In this document: positions 30,954 to 42,237 of the stretch, one piece after another
Position numbering within the stretch: position 1 is the stretch's first letter
Layout: the number at the start of each line of letters is the position of its first letter
Source: Alphaproteobacteria bacterium
Lineage (GTDB): Bacteria; Pseudomonadota; Alphaproteobacteria; CACIAM-22H2
Assembly: GCA_035457725.1 (NCBI GenBank)
Contig: DATIBC010000044.1
Span: 6,458-70,457, forward strand
DNA: 64,000 nucleotides
Direction of reading: 5' to 3'
The notes under the pieces: generated by a model
What the model saw: only the letters and a program-made list of their open reading frames with translations
Database searches by the model: none
Told to the model about the DNA's origin: nothing
Translations under genes and position numbers: made by a program

Positions 30954-31652
30954 TCAGGCGCGCACCTTCCGTCCCAAAAGGTTGATCACGCAAACCGGCA
31001 TGTAGCCGCGCGACAAGTTGATCTTCGGCCGCCCGGCGCCCTTCAGGAACGCCGCATTGGCCGTGGGCGAAAGGACGATCTGGAGCAGATCGCGCTCGAT
31101 GTCGGCCAGCAATCCGCCGGTGACCGGCTTGGAATCGGCGACGACCCGGTACACGTAGTCGCTGGAACCGCCCGAGTATGACCAGTCGATCAGCTCGATT
31201 GCCGGAAACATGGCCTGCAGGCCGGCGAGCGAAAAGCGCCAATAGTCGTTGGGATAGCCGTGGAAGCCCTGCACCCACGGCGACTGCACGAACAAGACGC
31301 CGTTCGGACGCAGCAGCGATTCGATGTTCTTGCATGCGAGCCAGGGTTGCCGCACGTGCTCCAGCACGTGCGCACATATGATGGCGCCAAACGAACGCCC
31401 GTCGAGCTTTGCACGCAGTTCGTCGGGGGGCGCGGCGATGTCGGCGACGATGTCGACATTTGCTCCCGCGGTGGCGTCCATTCCGACGAACGTCTTGCCG
31501 GCGAAGCGGCTGCGCCAGTTTTTCGGGCTTTGATCGAGCGTCGAGGCGAGCGAACCGATCTGCAGGACCGGTTCGGCGGCGGCGGCGACGACGGCATCGA
31601 GAAGCGCCTGATAGGGCGACTGCGTGACTTCAATGTCGGTGTCGGGCGGCAT
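30954..31652 (-). CDS. class I SAM-dependent methyltransferase (type 11 domain)
   Basis: Motif I-like VGMDATAGANVDIVADI and post-I acidic residue. ICAHVLEHVRQPWLACKNIESLLRPNGVLFVQSP is typical of Methyltransf_11. Start may be the TTG at about 31682. Confidence 0.75.
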   Translation of the reverse strand: MPPDTDIEVTQSPYQALLDAVVAAAAEPVLQIGSLASTLDQSPKNWRSRFAGKTFVGMDATAGANVDIVADIAAPPDELRAKLDGRSFGAIICAHVLEHVRQPWLACKNIESLLRPNGVLFVQSPWVQGFHGYPNDYWRFSLAGLQAMFPAIELIDWSYSGGSSDYVYRVVADSKPVTGGLLADIERDLLQIVLSPTANAAFLKGAGRPKINLSRGYMPVCVINLLGRKVRA

Positions 31653-31749
31653 TGGATCGGCGACACTTGGCGGTTTAGGCAACAGTCCAAAAGGCCAATG
31701 GTCGGCACAGGCTTTGGTATCGCGTCTTTCGCTGCAGGTGTCCCGGAAA

Positions 31750-31826
31750 TGGTCGGAGCGGCGGGATTTGAACCCGCGACCCCCAGTCCCCCAGACTGAT
31801 GCGCTACCGGGCTGCGCTACGCTCCG
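31750..31826 (-). tRNA. tRNA-Pro (anticodon GGG)
   Basis: Reverse complement reads CGGAGCGTAGCGCAGCCCGGTAGCGCATCAGTCTGGGGGACTGGGGGTCGCGGGTTCAAATCCCGCCGCTCCGACCA. It has a 7-bp acceptor stem, D-arm GCGC/GCGC, anticodon loop CTGGGGG (GGG), T-arm GCGGG-TTCAAAT-CCCGC, and encoded CCA. Printed numbering is +/-1 nt here. Confidence 0.85.
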
Positions 31827-31922
31827 ACCGTTGCGCCTGGCATCTCCGCTGCGGCGCTCAGCCGCGGGTCCGCGACCCTGCCGCGCGCGCGGCCGGACTA
31901 TAGCCGTAGCGTTAGGTGCGGT

Positions 31923-32453
31923 TCAACGGCGACGCGCGCGGAGCAGCTGCCGCAAACCCTCGAGCTCGTTTATCGCCGATTCGATCGATGCTCGGTCGAT
32001 CCGCCCGGCACCGCTCGCCGAGGGGCGCGGCGGCGCAATCGGTTCGGCCACAGCAGGCCGGGCATGCCCAACCGGCATCATCGGCTCGTGCTCCTCGACC
32101 ACCGGCTGGACCGTGCTGCTCGCGCCGTCGTCGGCGCGCGCGCCGTCGCGCAGCAGCTTTTGCACGCCCTTGATCGTATAGCCGTGCTTGTAGAGCAACT
32201 CGCGAATCCGCCGTAGCAGATCGACGTCCTCGGGCCGGTAATAGCGCCGCCCTCCCGCCCGCTTGAGCGGCCGGATCTGCGTGAAACGAGTCTCCCAAAA
32301 CCGCAGCACGTGCTGCGGAACGTCGAGCTCGCCCGCGACCTCGCTGATGGTGCGAAATGCGCCGGCCGATTTGGCCGCGCGTCGCAAACCGGCACCGTAG
32401 CCGGCGGCAAAACCGCCGTCGCTGGGATTCGAGGCTTGAGGCATCGTCGCCAC
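31923..32453 (-). CDS. MerR family transcriptional regulator
   Basis: [24 protein letters not shown]. Conserved position downstream of ihfA in alphaproteobacteria. GTG start. Confidence 0.8.
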   Translation of the reverse strand: MATMPQASNPSDGGFAAGYGAGLRRAAKSAGAFRTISEVAGELDVPQHVLRFWETRFTQIRPLKRAGGRRYYRPEDVDLLRRIRELLYKHGYTIKGVQKLLRDGARADDGASSTVQPVVEEHEPMMPVGHARPAVAEPIAPPRPSASGAGRIDRASIESAINELEGLRQLLRARRR

Positions 32454-32456
32454 CGC

Positions 32457-32819
32457 TTACGACTTGGGCGAGGTTGGCGACGATGGCGCGCCGGCAGCGC
32501 TCTTGGCCGCGCCGGCGGCTTTCGACAGCGCGCGATTGATCTTGTTCTTGAGCACGTGTGAGGCGCGAAACACCAGTACTTTTCGCGGCAAAATAGGAAC
32601 TTCCTCGCCGGTCTTCGGATTGCGCCCGATGCGGCGGCCTTTCTGACGGACCGAAAAACTGCCGAACGACGAGATCTTGACCGTCTCGCCGCGAGCCAGC
32701 GCGTCGACGATTTCGTTGAGTACGGTTTCGACCAGCGAGGCTGAATCGTTCCGCGATAGCCCGACTTCCTGATAGACCGCTTCGCTCAGGTCCGCCCGCG
32801 TGATCGTACTGCCCGCCAT
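32457..32819 (-). CDS. ihfA: integration host factor subunit alpha
   Basis: [70 protein letters not shown] is the IHF/HU fold with the alpha-type arm. Confidence 0.9.
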   Translation of the reverse strand: MAGSTITRADLSEAVYQEVGLSRNDSASLVETVLNEIVDALARGETVKISSFGSFSVRQKGRRIGRNPKTGEEVPILPRKVLVFRASHVLKNKINRALSKAAGAAKSAAGAPSSPTSPKS

Positions 32820-32954
32820 GATCGCCCCCTCACCGTCGCTCGTTTGAGACTTTATATGACGCTAATAAATCCGTCAATTACAGGGGGATGGCGTTAAATA
32901 TTTACCTGAAGTCTAACTAGAAGAACGGCCGGTAACATCCTCAAAGAAATGGCC

Positions 32955-33941
32955 CTACCATCGCACCACGCTGGCGCCCCAGGTAAGGCCGCCGCCGATT
33001 GCCTCAAGCAATACGAGATGTCCTTGCCTTAAACGGCCGTCCGCAGCCGCTTCGGCGAGCGCCAGCGGGATCGATGCGGCCGACGTATTAGCATGGTGGT
33101 CGATGGTGGCGACGACACGATTTGCGCCAAGGCCCAGCTTGCGCGCCATGCCATCGATGATCCGCTTGTTGGCCTGATGCGGCACCAGCCAGTCGATGTC
33201 GGCGCCGGACAGACCATTGGCGGCAAGCGCTTCCTCGACGACGGCGGCCAACTTGGTAACCGCGTGGCGAAAGACCTCACGGCCGTCCATCTTGACCACC
33301 CCTGCCTTGCCGGTCGAAGACGGCCCGCCGTCGACGTAAAGCGCGTCATGATATCGGCCGTCGGAATGCAGGTGCGTCGACAGGACGCCGCGATCCTTGC
33401 CGTTGCCGGCACCCTGCGACGCCCGTAGGACGACCGCGCCCGCTCCATCGCCGAATAGCACGCAGGTCGAGCGATCCGACCAGTCGAGGATGCGCGAGAA
33501 CGTTTCGGCGCCGATTACCAGCGCCGTTCTGGCTTGGCGTGTCTTGACGAAATTGTCGGCCACCGCCAGCGCGTAGATGAAGCCGCTGCACACGGCCTGG
33601 ATATCGAAGGCGGCGCAGCCCGCGACGCCGAGCCTCGCCTGCACTCGCGTCGCCGTCGCCGGAAACGTTTCGTCCGGCGTCGTCGTGGCGAGGACGATGA
33701 GGTCGAGCTCGCCCGCCTTGATTTCCGCCGACGCCAGCGCGTCCTTCGCCGCCGCGAGCGCAAGATCCGATGTAAGTTCTCCGTCGGCGGCGATGTGGCG
33801 CTGCTTGATCCCGGTACGTTCGGTGATCCACTCGTCCGTCGTGTCGACGGTCCGGGCCAAATCCGCGTTGATGACCACACGGCGCGGCAAGTAGGCTCCG
33901 CAGCCGACCACCTGCGCGCGGGTTACGACTTCGGTCTTCAT
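32955..33941 (-). CDS. fabH: beta-ketoacyl-ACP synthase III
   Basis: Catalytic Cys in [15 protein letters not shown], plus His/Asn motifs ([20 protein letters not shown]). Confidence 0.9.
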   Translation of the reverse strand: MKTEVVTRAQVVGCGAYLPRRVVINADLARTVDTTDEWITERTGIKQRHIAADGELTSDLALAAAKDALASAEIKAGELDLIVLATTTPDETFPATATRVQARLGVAGCAAFDIQAVCSGFIYALAVADNFVKTRQARTALVIGAETFSRILDWSDRSTCVLFGDGAGAVVLRASQGAGNGKDRGVLSTHLHSDGRYHDALYVDGGPSSTGKAGVVKMDGREVFRHAVTKLAAVVEEALAANGLSGADIDWLVPHQANKRIIDGMARKLGLGANRVVATIDHHANTSAASIPLALAEAAADGRLRQGHLVLLEAIGGGLTWGASVVRW

Positions 33942-33946
33942 CGCGA

Positions 33947-34996
33947 TTAACCCGCGGCCGCTTGATTGGGCGACGGAGCCGCCGCCGCAAGGCGAGCCAG
34001 CTCGTCGCGAATCTTGTCATTGAAACGGTTTTGCGCCATGTCGGCCGCGACATGGATGGCGTTGGCGAAACCGGTGGCATCGGTGCCGCCATGGCTCTTT
34101 ACGACGATCCCATTCAGCCCGACGAACATCGCGCCATTATATCGACGCGGATCGGTGCGCGAACGCACTTTCGCCAGCGCGCCGCGCGCAAGCAAGTAGC
34201 CTAGGCGCGCCAACCAGGACGCCTGAAACGCGCCGCGTAAAAACTCGGAATACAGTTTGGCGGTGCCTTCCGCCGTCTTGAGCGCGACATTGCCGGTGAA
34301 GCCGTCTGTCACCACGACGTCGACCGTCCCTGCGGTGATGTCGTCGCCTTCGACGAAGCCTTGGAAGCGCAGCGGAACGTTGGAAGCGCGCAACAGCGCC
34401 GCGGCGGCGCGCAGCTCTTCGTGGCCTTTCATGTCCTCGGAGCCGACATTGAGCAGGCCGATCGTCGGTTCCTGGAGGCCAAGGACGGTGCGGGCGAAAA
34501 CATCGCCCATGACCGCGAACTGAACGAGGTTGTTGGCGTCGCAATCGACATTTGCGCCGAGATCGAGCATGACGCTCTCGCCGCGCAATGTCGGGAAAAA
34601 AGAGGCGATGGCTGGGCGATCGATGCCCGGCAGCGTGCGCAGAACGAACTTGGCCAGCGCCATTAGGGCGCCGGTATTGCCGGCGGAAACCGCCCCCGCC
34701 GCCCGCCCATCGTCGACCGCGTCGATCGCCAACCGCATGCTCGAACGCCGCGCCGACCGCAATGCGGCCGACGGCTTCATGTCGTTGGTCACCACCTGAT
34801 CGGTGTGCTCGATTCGATAACGCCCGGCGAGCTTGGACTTGCGGCGCAGCAGCGGCAGCAGCCGCGCTTCATCGCCGATCAGGATGAATTCGATCTGGGG
34901 CAGGCGCCTCAGCGCGATGTTGGCGCCTTGAATCACCATCTGCGGCGCGTTGTCGCCGCCCATGGCGTCAAGGGCGATGGTCAGGCCAGCCGCCAA
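33947..34996 (-). CDS. plsX: phosphate acyltransferase PlsX
   Basis: [22 protein letters not shown]-terminus and full-length PlsX similarity. Confidence 0.9.
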   Translation of the reverse strand: MAAGLTIALDAMGGDNAPQMVIQGANIALRRLPQIEFILIGDEARLLPLLRRKSKLAGRYRIEHTDQVVTNDMKPSAALRSARRSSMRLAIDAVDDGRAAGAVSAGNTGALMALAKFVLRTLPGIDRPAIASFFPTLRGESVMLDLGANVDCDANNLVQFAVMGDVFARTVLGLQEPTIGLLNVGSEDMKGHEELRAAAALLRASNVPLRFQGFVEGDDITAGTVDVVVTDGFTGNVALKTAEGTAKLYSEFLRGAFQASWLARLGYLLARGALAKVRSRTDPRRYNGAMFVGLNGIVVKSHGGTDATGFANAIHVAADMAQNRFNDKIRDELARLAAAAPSPNQAAAG

Positions 34997-35032
34997 ATGT
35001 CATTCACTCCGGGTGGTCGTCGATATGTCCGC

Positions 35033-35215
35033 TCATGCGCTCTTTGTCGCCATGACCTCGCGACCGTCGTAATAGCCGCACGCGCCGCAAACATGATGCG
35101 GCCGTTTGTTCTCGCCGCAATTCGGGCACTCGACGTAGGTCGAACCCTTCAGCGCCTCGTGCGAGCGACGCATGTCGCGACGCGAGCGGCTTATTTTCTT
35201 TTTCGGTACGGCCAT
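35033..35215 (-). CDS. rpmF: 50S ribosomal protein L32
   Basis: [23 protein letters not shown]...CPNCGE, 60 aa. Confidence 0.9.
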   Translation of the reverse strand: MAVPKKKISRSRRDMRRSHEALKGSTYVECPNCGENKRPHHVCGACGYYDGREVMATKSA

Positions 35216-35306
35216 GAAATCGTTCCTTCCTTGGGATTGTGCTGCGCGCCGGAAGATCGAGCCGGCGCAGAAACGGCGCCCTACTTAGCCAAATCTGCCT
35301 GCCCGC

Positions 35307-35852
35307 TCAAGCGCCGCCAGATCGCTCCGTCATTTTGAGCTTGGCCAGCGCCGCGAAGGGCGTGTCACGATTGTCGCCCTCTCGACTCCATTGCCGATCG
35401 ACCTTCGCTCCCGGTGCGCGAGGGTATTGCGGCAACGCCAACGCCAAATGCTGCGCCACCATCTCGCCGATGTCGAGCGGACCCGGAGGCAGCGGCTCTT
35501 CCGGCTCCTCCTCAAGCCCCACCTCGACATCGTCCGGACTTTCTTCGCCGGCAACCAATAATAGGGCAAAGCTCTCGTGCAGGCGCGACTGCACTGGCGC
35601 CAGCGTCACGACGCACGTTTGCGTCACCTGGGTGCTGATCGAGCCGCGCACGCGTATCGCCACGCCTCCATGAACGCGGCGCAGTGCGACCCGCGCCGAA
35701 AGCTCGTCGATACCCAGCAGACCGAACCGACCGGCCAAGGCTGTGCGCTCCGCTGCGGATGCCTCAATATCGTAAACGGATTCCTCGGCGCCCAGTTGCT
35801 CGAGTTCGATCAGCCTCGAGAATTCTACCGGAACAGGCTGATTTTGCTTCAT
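35307..35852 (-). CDS. yceD: YceD/DUF177 family protein (23S rRNA accumulation protein)
   Basis: Conserved position upstream of rpmF-plsX. C-terminal acidic stretch and CxxC-less DUF177 core. Start taken at MKQNQPV. Confidence 0.8.
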   Translation of the reverse strand: MKQNQPVPVEFSRLIELEQLGAEESVYDIEASAAERTALAGRFGLLGIDELSARVALRRVHGGVAIRVRGSISTQVTQTCVVTLAPVQSRLHESFALLLVAGEESPDDVEVGLEEEPEEPLPPGPLDIGEMVAQHLALALPQYPRAPGAKVDRQWSREGDNRDTPFAALAKLKMTERSGGA

Positions 35853-35934
35853 TTTTGTTCCAAACGGCGACGCTTCGCGGATCCACATGGCCGCCATACC
35901 GCCGTTAGATAATCCGCGTGCCAGGCATGGTCAA

Positions 35935-36505
35935 TCATCGGCTGGACGCCACGGAACCCGGCGGATCGGGAAACAGCGGCCCGTTGGCGGTGATTTCTTC
36001 GATCGAGCAGCGCGCCAGACTTGCATGCGAAGCGCGCAAATAGGCTGTCATGATCGCCATTTCAGGCCCGCCCACCGTGCCATGCGCGGCGCCGACGGTT
36101 CCGTACAGATTGCGCGCGATCGCCTCGCCTAGCGCGACGTCGCCGAGGGCCAACCCCTTATCATACGCGGCGATCCGACCGTAGAACCCTTGCGCCATCG
36201 CTTTGACGCGGCGACCGACTCCGAGATCACCGACCCCCATTTCGCGCAAGTTGCGGTCCATGTCATCGAACATGGCGTCGAACACCGCTTGAGCGACGGC
36301 TTCGGCCTCGACTCCCTGCCCCTTCAGCCGATTCAAGATGAGATATGCATGCAAGGCGATCAACTCGAAGCGGCCATCGAGCGTATCGGGGACGTGAAGC
36401 GACGTGTAAAACTCAGGCCTACGCGCTTGGGCCACGATTGCGGCGTAAATACGCCCGGCGGACGCGGCGCTTTGCGATGCACCGAAAAAACGAGAAAACA
36501 CCAAG
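35935..36505 (-). CDS. ubiquinol-cytochrome c chaperone (Cbp3-like) family protein
   Basis: Sequence type FYTSLHVPDTLDGRFELIALHAYLILNRLK...DAMFDDMDRNLREMGVGD and conserved neighbourhood (yceD / bamE). Start codon not resolved (no in-frame ATG near the expected N-terminus). Confidence 0.5.
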
Positions 36506-36666
36506 CCGGTTGACTCCTTCGCGCGGCATCGGCTGCAGCTATCGCCTCGGTCCAAGCATTGACAGACTCGATGGCCGGTGCGATCTATGCCGGGAAAATG
36601 GCGATGAACGGCGGCCTGATCAACTCTGATCGCGAAATACCGGGCATTTTTGGTGGCGAAGCGACG

Positions 36667-37149
36667 ATGCGAGAACGGCACGATCCCACGGGAATACAGC
36701 GCGCGCCGCTATTTGTTGCAGTGGCGGTGTGTGCGTTCGTCCTCGCCGCCTGCCAGCCGACGCTGGATACCCGCGGTTACGTGCCGGATCGCGAAGCGCT
36801 CGAGCAGGTGCGGCCCGGTCAACCAAAGGCGGAGGTGCAGAATCTTCTCGGTACCCCGTCGAGCGTCACCCCCTTCGGCGAGGAAGTCTGGCTCTACATC
36901 AGCCGCAAGGTCCGGACGGTGGCATTCTTCAAACCCGAGGTGCTCGAGCAGAATGTCGTCGCCGTCGAGTTCGACCGCAATGGCGTGGTTAACGACGTGC
37001 GGCGCTATACGCTTGCCGACGGCCAAATCATCGAGCCGGTCGATCGCAAGACGCCGGCGCCGGGCCGCGAGCTGACCTTCGTCGAACAGCTCGTCGGCAA
37101 TATCGGCAAGTTCAACACGCCGGGCCGCGGTCCCGGGCCGGGCCAGTAA
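36667..37149 (+). CDS. bamE: outer membrane protein assembly factor BamE (SmpA/OmlA)
   Basis: Lipoprotein signal LAAC followed by TRGYVPDREALEQVRPGQPKAEVQNLLGTPS, the typical BamE fold sequence. Confidence 0.7.
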   Translation: MRERHDPTGIQRAPLFVAVAVCAFVLAACQPTLDTRGYVPDREALEQVRPGQPKAEVQNLLGTPSSVTPFGEEVWLYISRKVRTVAFFKPEVLEQNVVAVEFDRNGVVNDVRRYTLADGQIIEPVDRKTPAPGRELTFVEQLVGNIGKFNTPGRGPGPGQ

Positions 37150-37216
37150 CTCCGGCCGCGCGATTGAAACGCAAACCTCGGGGATCCGCAGCCTCAGAGT
37201 TCGGATACGCCGATGG

Positions 37217-39310
37217 TCAGCGCGCCAATATGGCCAACATCAAGATCGCCACGATATTGATGATCTTGATCATCGGATTTACCGCCGGCCCGGCGGTGTC
37301 CTTGTAGGGGTCGCCGACGGTATCGCCCGTCACCGCCGCCTTGTGCGCCTCCGAGCCCTTGCCGCCATGGTGACCGTCCTCGATGTATTTCTTCGCGTTG
37401 TCCCAGGCGCCGCCGCCGGAAGTCATCGAGATCGCTACGAACAGCCCGGTGACGATGGTGCCCATCAGCATCGCGCCCATCGACGTGAACGCGGCGGCCT
37501 GTCCCCCGACGATCAAAATGACGACGTATAAAACGATCGGCGCCAACACTGGCAGGAGCGAAGGAACGATCATCTCCTTGATCGCCGCCTTGGTCAGCAG
37601 GTCGACGGCGCGGCTGTAATCGGGCTTTGCGGTCCCTTCCATGATGCCCTTGATCTCTTTGAACTGGCGGCGAACTTCCAGCACCACCGAACCGGCGGCG
37701 CGACCGACCGCGGTCATGCCCAGCGCGCCGAACAGGTAAGGCAGCATGCCGCCGATGAACAGACCGACGACGACGTAAGGATCGGAGAGGATGAATTGCA
37801 CTTTGATGTTCGGAAAGTAATGGTGCAGGTCCTCGGTGTACGCGGCGAACAGAACCAATGCGGCGAGGCCCGCCGAGCCGATGGCGTATCCCTTGGTCAC
37901 CGCCTTGGTGGTGTTGCCGACCGCGTCGAGGGCGTCGGTCGTCTTGCGTATCTCTTTGGGCAGGTTCGACATCTCGGCGATACCGCCGGCGTTGTCGGTA
38001 ACCGGACCATAGGCGTCGAGCGCGACGACCATTCCGGCGAGCGCCAACATCGTCGTGGCGGCGATCGCGATGCCAAAGAGACCAGCGTTGAGAAACGCCA
38101 CGATGATGCCGGCCGAGATCACCACGACCGGCAACGCCGTCGACTCCATCGAAACCGCGAGCCCTTTGATGATGTTGGTTGCATGGCCGGTGATCGAGGC
38201 ATCAGCGACGCTGCGCACCGGCCTGTATTGGGTGCCCGTGTAGTACTCGGTGATCCAGACGATGAGCCCGGTCACGACAAGTCCGGTGATTCCGCAGACG
38301 AACAGATTGAAGCCATTGAACTTGCGCCCCGACACTTCGTATTCGGCGCCCAGGCCGATGAAGAGCGCGGTCACGATCAGCAGCAGCACCGCCGAGATGA
38401 TGCCGGTGACGATTAGGCCCTTGTAGAGCGCCGCCATGATCTTCTGGTCGCCTGCGAGCTTGACGAAGAACGTGCCGATCACCGAGGCGGCGATGCAGGC
38501 GCCGCCAATGAGCAGCGGGTAGAGCATCATCTGCGCCTGGATCGCGCCGGTGAAGAAAATGGCGGCGAGCAGCATCGTCGCGACGATGGTGACGGCGTAG
38601 GTCTCGAACAGGTCGGCGGCCATTCCGGCGCAATCGCCGACGTTGTCGCCGACGTTGTCGGCGATCACGGCCGGATTGCGCGGATCGTCCTCGGGTATTC
38701 CCGCCTCGATCTTTCCGACGAGGTCAGCGCCGACATCGGCGCCCTTGGTGAAAATCCCGCCGCCGAGCCGCGCGAAGATCGAGATCAGCGATGCGCCGAA
38801 CGACAGCGCGATCAGCGCCTCGAGGATCGAGCGCAGGCTGGCCGCGTCGGCGCCGCCCTTCCAGCCGAGGAGGATTCCGTAGTAGATCGAAACGCCGAGC
38901 AGGCCCAGCCCGACCACCAGCATGCCGGTGATTGCGCCCGATTTGAACGCGATGTCGAGCGCCGGTTGCAGGCCGTTCTTCGCCGCCTCGGCGGTGCGGA
39001 CGTTGGCCCGCACCGACACGTTCATGCCGATGTATCCGGCGGCGCCCGACAGGAGCGCGCCGATGACGAAGCCGATCCCGACATGCACGCCAAGCGTCAC
39101 GGCAAGTATGATCGCCACGACGACGCCAGCCATGGCGATGGTTCGGTACTGACGATTGAGATAGGCGCTAGCTCCGATCTGGATGGCGCTGGCGATCTCC
39201 TGCATCCGCTCCGAGCCTGGGCTCGCTGCCATGACCTGCCGGTAGGCGTACACGCCGTAGGCCAGGGCCAGCACGCCGCAAAGAATCACGAACCAATAGG
39301 CTAGGGTCAT
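37217..39310 (-). CDS. hppA: membrane-bound proton/sodium-translocating pyrophosphatase
   Basis: 697 aa, about 16 TM segments, with [19 protein letters not shown](C)AGMAADLFE and other H+-PPase signatures. Confidence 0.9.
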   Translation of the reverse strand: MTLAYWFVILCGVLALAYGVYAYRQVMAASPGSERMQEIASAIQIGASAYLNRQYRTIAMAGVVVAIILAVTLGVHVGIGFVIGALLSGAAGYIGMNVSVRANVRTAEAAKNGLQPALDIAFKSGAITGMLVVGLGLLGVSIYYGILLGWKGGADAASLRSILEALIALSFGASLISIFARLGGGIFTKGADVGADLVGKIEAGIPEDDPRNPAVIADNVGDNVGDCAGMAADLFETYAVTIVATMLLAAIFFTGAIQAQMMLYPLLIGGACIAASVIGTFFVKLAGDQKIMAALYKGLIVTGIISAVLLLIVTALFIGLGAEYEVSGRKFNGFNLFVCGITGLVVTGLIVWITEYYTGTQYRPVRSVADASITGHATNIIKGLAVSMESTALPVVVISAGIIVAFLNAGLFGIAIAATTMLALAGMVVALDAYGPVTDNAGGIAEMSNLPKEIRKTTDALDAVGNTTKAVTKGYAIGSAGLAALVLFAAYTEDLHHYFPNIKVQFILSDPYVVVGLFIGGMLPYLFGALGMTAVGRAAGSVVLEVRRQFKEIKGIMEGTAKPDYSRAVDLLTKAAIKEMIVPSLLPVLAPIVLYVVILIVGGQAAAFTSMGAMLMGTIVTGLFVAISMTSGGGAWDNAKKYIEDGHHGGKGSEAHKAAVTGDTVGDPYKDTAGPAVNPMIKIINIVAILMLAILAR

Positions 39311-39471
39311 CGATTGGCCTCGTTATCTGACATCGGTTCAGCCGCCAGGGCTGGCGGCGGAAACCTCGGAACTGGCTGGGAAAAAGCCCCCCGGCGGGCA
39401 AAAAAGCGCGGCGGAACATGCCAGAACCAGTACCCGAAGGCAAGCGGCTCGGGCTTCTTAACGGCGCAATT

Positions 39472-40692
39472 TCACCCGTCTTTCGGCCCCGACGAGGGGA
39501 CAGCTCCCACGACCGAACTCGCGCGACGACGCCAGCCAAGCCAGCCTATCGCCGCCAAGGTCGCGGCGACGAACGGCAACACTCCGATATTGACGATCTG
39601 CCAGCTCAGTTTTTCGAGGACGATACCGGACATAATCGACGCTATCGCCACCGACCCGAAGATGAGGAAATCATTGGTCGCCTGCACGAGGGCCCGTTCG
39701 GCCGGACGATACGTTTCGGTCAAAAGGGTCGTCGCGCCGACGAATAGGAAGTTCCAGCCAATGCCGAGTATGAACAGCGCAACCCAGAAATTGTACAGAT
39801 GCGTTCCAAACAGGTTAATCGTCACGCAGATGATCATTAGGACGGCGCCTGTCTGCATCACCTTGAGTGCGCCGACACGCTTTATCACGTCGCCGGTGAA
39901 AAACGACGGCGCGAACATGGCGAAGACGTGCCACTGGATCACTGACGCGGCGAGGTCGAAGTGATGAGCATGCCCTACCATCGCAAGCGGCGTTGCCGTC
40001 ATCACAAAGGACATGCCTGCGTAGCCGACGATGCCACCCAGCACGGCGACGAGAAATACCGGCTGGGCGGCGATTTCGCGCAATGACCTGCCGCGTTCCT
40101 TCCGTTCAGCGTCGCTCGGCCGCGGAATGTCGATCAATTGCAGAAGCAGAAGCGCGACGATCGCAACTCCGATCAGTGCCGCGAACGAGCCGGCGAAGAC
40201 GTGCGCCGGCCAGAGATCCTTCGTTGCCTTCGCCATTTCGGGGCCGACGATCGCGGCGATGACGCCACCCGCCAGGACATACGAAATCGCTTTACTCTTC
40301 AACTCCGGGCGCGACCCGTCGACCGCGGCGAAACGGTAAAACTGGCCGAATCCGTTGTAACAGCCGTTGAGCATCGAGCCGAGGCAAAACAGGCCGAAGG
40401 AATTCCACAACACCCCGAGAAGGGCGATGCTCGTGCCGACGATCCCAAACAAGGCGCCAAGAGTGAAGCCAAGGCGACGTCCCACACGAGCCATGAGAAA
40501 CGACGCCGGGAACATCGCCGCCATCACGCCGATTTGTTGTAACGCCAACGGCAACGTCGCCAGCGCCTTATTCTCGGCCAGCATGTGCCCGACCAACGCC
40601 GCTTCGGCGAGCATGGTCGCGGTGCCGATCATCAACAAACCCTGGCAGCACGCGAGAACAATCACGTTCTGGCGCGTTTTATCGGACGACAT
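39472..40692 (-). CDS. MFS transporter
   Basis: 406 aa, 12 TM segments; MFS loop motif MARVGRRLG. Confidence 0.85.
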   Translation of the reverse strand: MSSDKTRQNVIVLACCQGLLMIGTATMLAEAALVGHMLAENKALATLPLALQQIGVMAAMFPASFLMARVGRRLGFTLGALFGIVGTSIALLGVLWNSFGLFCLGSMLNGCYNGFGQFYRFAAVDGSRPELKSKAISYVLAGGVIAAIVGPEMAKATKDLWPAHVFAGSFAALIGVAIVALLLLQLIDIPRPSDAERKERGRSLREIAAQPVFLVAVLGGIVGYAGMSFVMTATPLAMVGHAHHFDLAASVIQWHVFAMFAPSFFTGDVIKRVGALKVMQTGAVLMIICVTINLFGTHLYNFWVALFILGIGWNFLFVGATTLLTETYRPAERALVQATNDFLIFGSVAIASIMSGIVLEKLSWQIVNIGVLPFVAATLAAIGWLGWRRRASSVVGAVPSSGPKDG

Positions 40693-40736
40693 GACGGTGT
40701 GTTCCCTGAACGGCCCGACTGCGGACCTTGTTGGAA

Positions 40737-41735
40737 TTAAAAGTGTGTCCAGCCCGCTTTCTCGAATGATTTGGGCGCGCCGGTCGGGTCGAGCACCGTG
40801 ACGCCCTTCCCCGCCTTGATGGTTCCGATCCGGGTCAACGGCACGTCGAACTCCTTGGCGAGGGCGGCGATCGTAGCCTCGCTCGCCGGTGGGGCGCTAA
40901 ACAAAATCTCGTAATCGTCGCCGCCGGTGAGAATTCGCGGCAACAAATCTCGGTGTCGCTTGACGGCGGCGCGCCCGGCCGGCGACAGCGGGACAAGCGC
41001 CTCCTCGACCACCGCCGCGACGCCCGACACGCGCGCCAGATGCCCGAGATCGGCGACCAGCCCGTCGGAAATATCCATCGCCGCCGACGCGACGCCAAGC
41101 AGTCGAGGTCCTAATCGGACGCGCGGCTGCGGAATCCGGTATCGGCTGGCGACATATTTGCGCGCCACGGCGCTCAGCCCCTCGATATCGCCGCGAACCA
41201 CCAGTAAGCCCAGCAGTCCATCGCCGATGGTTCCCGAGACATAGAGATTGTCGTCCGGCTTCGCTCCGCCTCTGCGCAACATGGCGCCGCGCGGTACTTC
41301 GCCGAAGTGGGTGATCGAGATCCACAGCGGTCCCGGAGTCATCACCGTGTCACCGCCGGCGAGAGCGACGCCGAATTCGATCTGATCGGCCGCGAGCCCG
41401 GCGACGAAGCCCGGGATCCAGTGCTCCGACAGATCTTGCGGCAACGCTAGGGTCATGAGATAGGCGACCGGCTTGGCGCCCTTGGCGGCGAGGTCGGACA
41501 GATTTACCCGCAAGGCCTTGCGGGCGATGGCGTCGGGCGGATCGTCAGGCGTGAAGTGAACGCCCTCGACGATCGCGTCGCAGGTCATGACGATGTCCAT
41601 GCCCGCGGTGGGAGTGAAAACCGCCGCATCATCGCTCAATCCCAGCGCTCCCGGGAACTTGCGAGAGAGCGGCGCGAGATAACGCGCGATCAACTCGAAC
41701 TCGCTCAGCTCATGCGCCTTGATGGCCACGCGGAC
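40737..41735 (-). CDS. thiL: thiamine-monophosphate kinase
   Basis: ELSEFELIARYLAPL...DDAAV N-terminus and AIR-synthase-related fold motifs. Non-ATG start is uncertain; overlaps the nusB 3' end. Confidence 0.8.
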   Translation of the reverse strand, partial: VRVAIKAHELSEFELIARYLAPLSRKFPGALGLSDDAAVFTPTAGMDIVMTCDAIVEGVHFTPDDPPDAIARKALRVNLSDLAAKGAKPVAYLMTLALPQDLSEHWIPGFVAGLAADQIEFGVALAGGDTVMTPGPLWISITHFGEVPRGAMLRRGGAKPDDNLYVSGTIGDGLLGLLVVRGDIEGLSAVARKYVASRYRIPQPRVRLGPRLLGVASAAMDISDGLVADLGHLARVSGVAAVVEEALVPLSPAGRAAVKRHRDLLPRILTGGDDYEILFSAPPASEATIAALAKEFDVPLTRIGTIKAGKGVTVLDPTGAPKSFEKAGWTHF

Positions 41736-42237
41736 CGTCTCCCATCGGTAGATGCGCAAGCTCGTCGGGCCGCAACCGGCGCGCCAGCCGATCGAGAATT
41801 CCGTTGACGAACGCCGGTTCGCGACCGGCAAAAAACATGTGCGCTATGTTGACATACTCGTTGATCACGGTGCGCGCCGGGACTTCGCCCAGCGCCAACA
41901 GCTCGAAGCACGCCGAGCGCAGGATCGAACGAAGGACGATCTCGAGCCGCGGCAAGGTCCATCCCGTCGCGAGCGCCGGCGCGACGAGCGCGTCGATTTC
42001 CTCGCGCCGGGACGAGGCGCCGCGGACCAGCGTGTTGAACAGCTCGTCGTCGATCTCGCCCGCGGGTGGCGCGCCCGTGTCGGGGCCGAGCCGATGATCA
42101 TGAAACTCGTCGACGACCCCATTCGGGGCCGCTCCCGTCACTTCGATCTGATATAGCGCTTGTACCGCCGCCAATCGCGCCGCGCTGCGGCCTGCTCGCC
42201 CCCGGCCGGAAACGCCCGCCCTCGATTTTCGCGTCAT
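41710..42237 (-). CDS. nusB: transcription antitermination factor NusB
   Basis: ARLAAVQALYQIEV and C-terminal INEYVNIAHMFF...FVNGILDRLAR. Start taken at MTRKSR, giving ATGA overlap with the ribH stop. Confidence 0.9.
   Translation of the reverse strand: MTRKSRAGVSGRGRAGRSAARLAAVQALYQIEVTGAAPNGVVDEFHDHRLGPDTGAPPAGEIDDELFNTLVRGASSRREEIDALVAPALATGWTLPRLEIVLRSILRSACFELLALGEVPARTVINEYVNIAHMFFAGREPAFVNGILDRLARRLRPDELAHLPMGDGPRGHQGA

Noticed and set aside
28472-31826. Classical integrative island at tRNA-Pro
   Set aside because: There is no integrase, recombinase, transposase or obvious att direct repeat in the window; it is kept only as a weak islet hypothesis in the findings.
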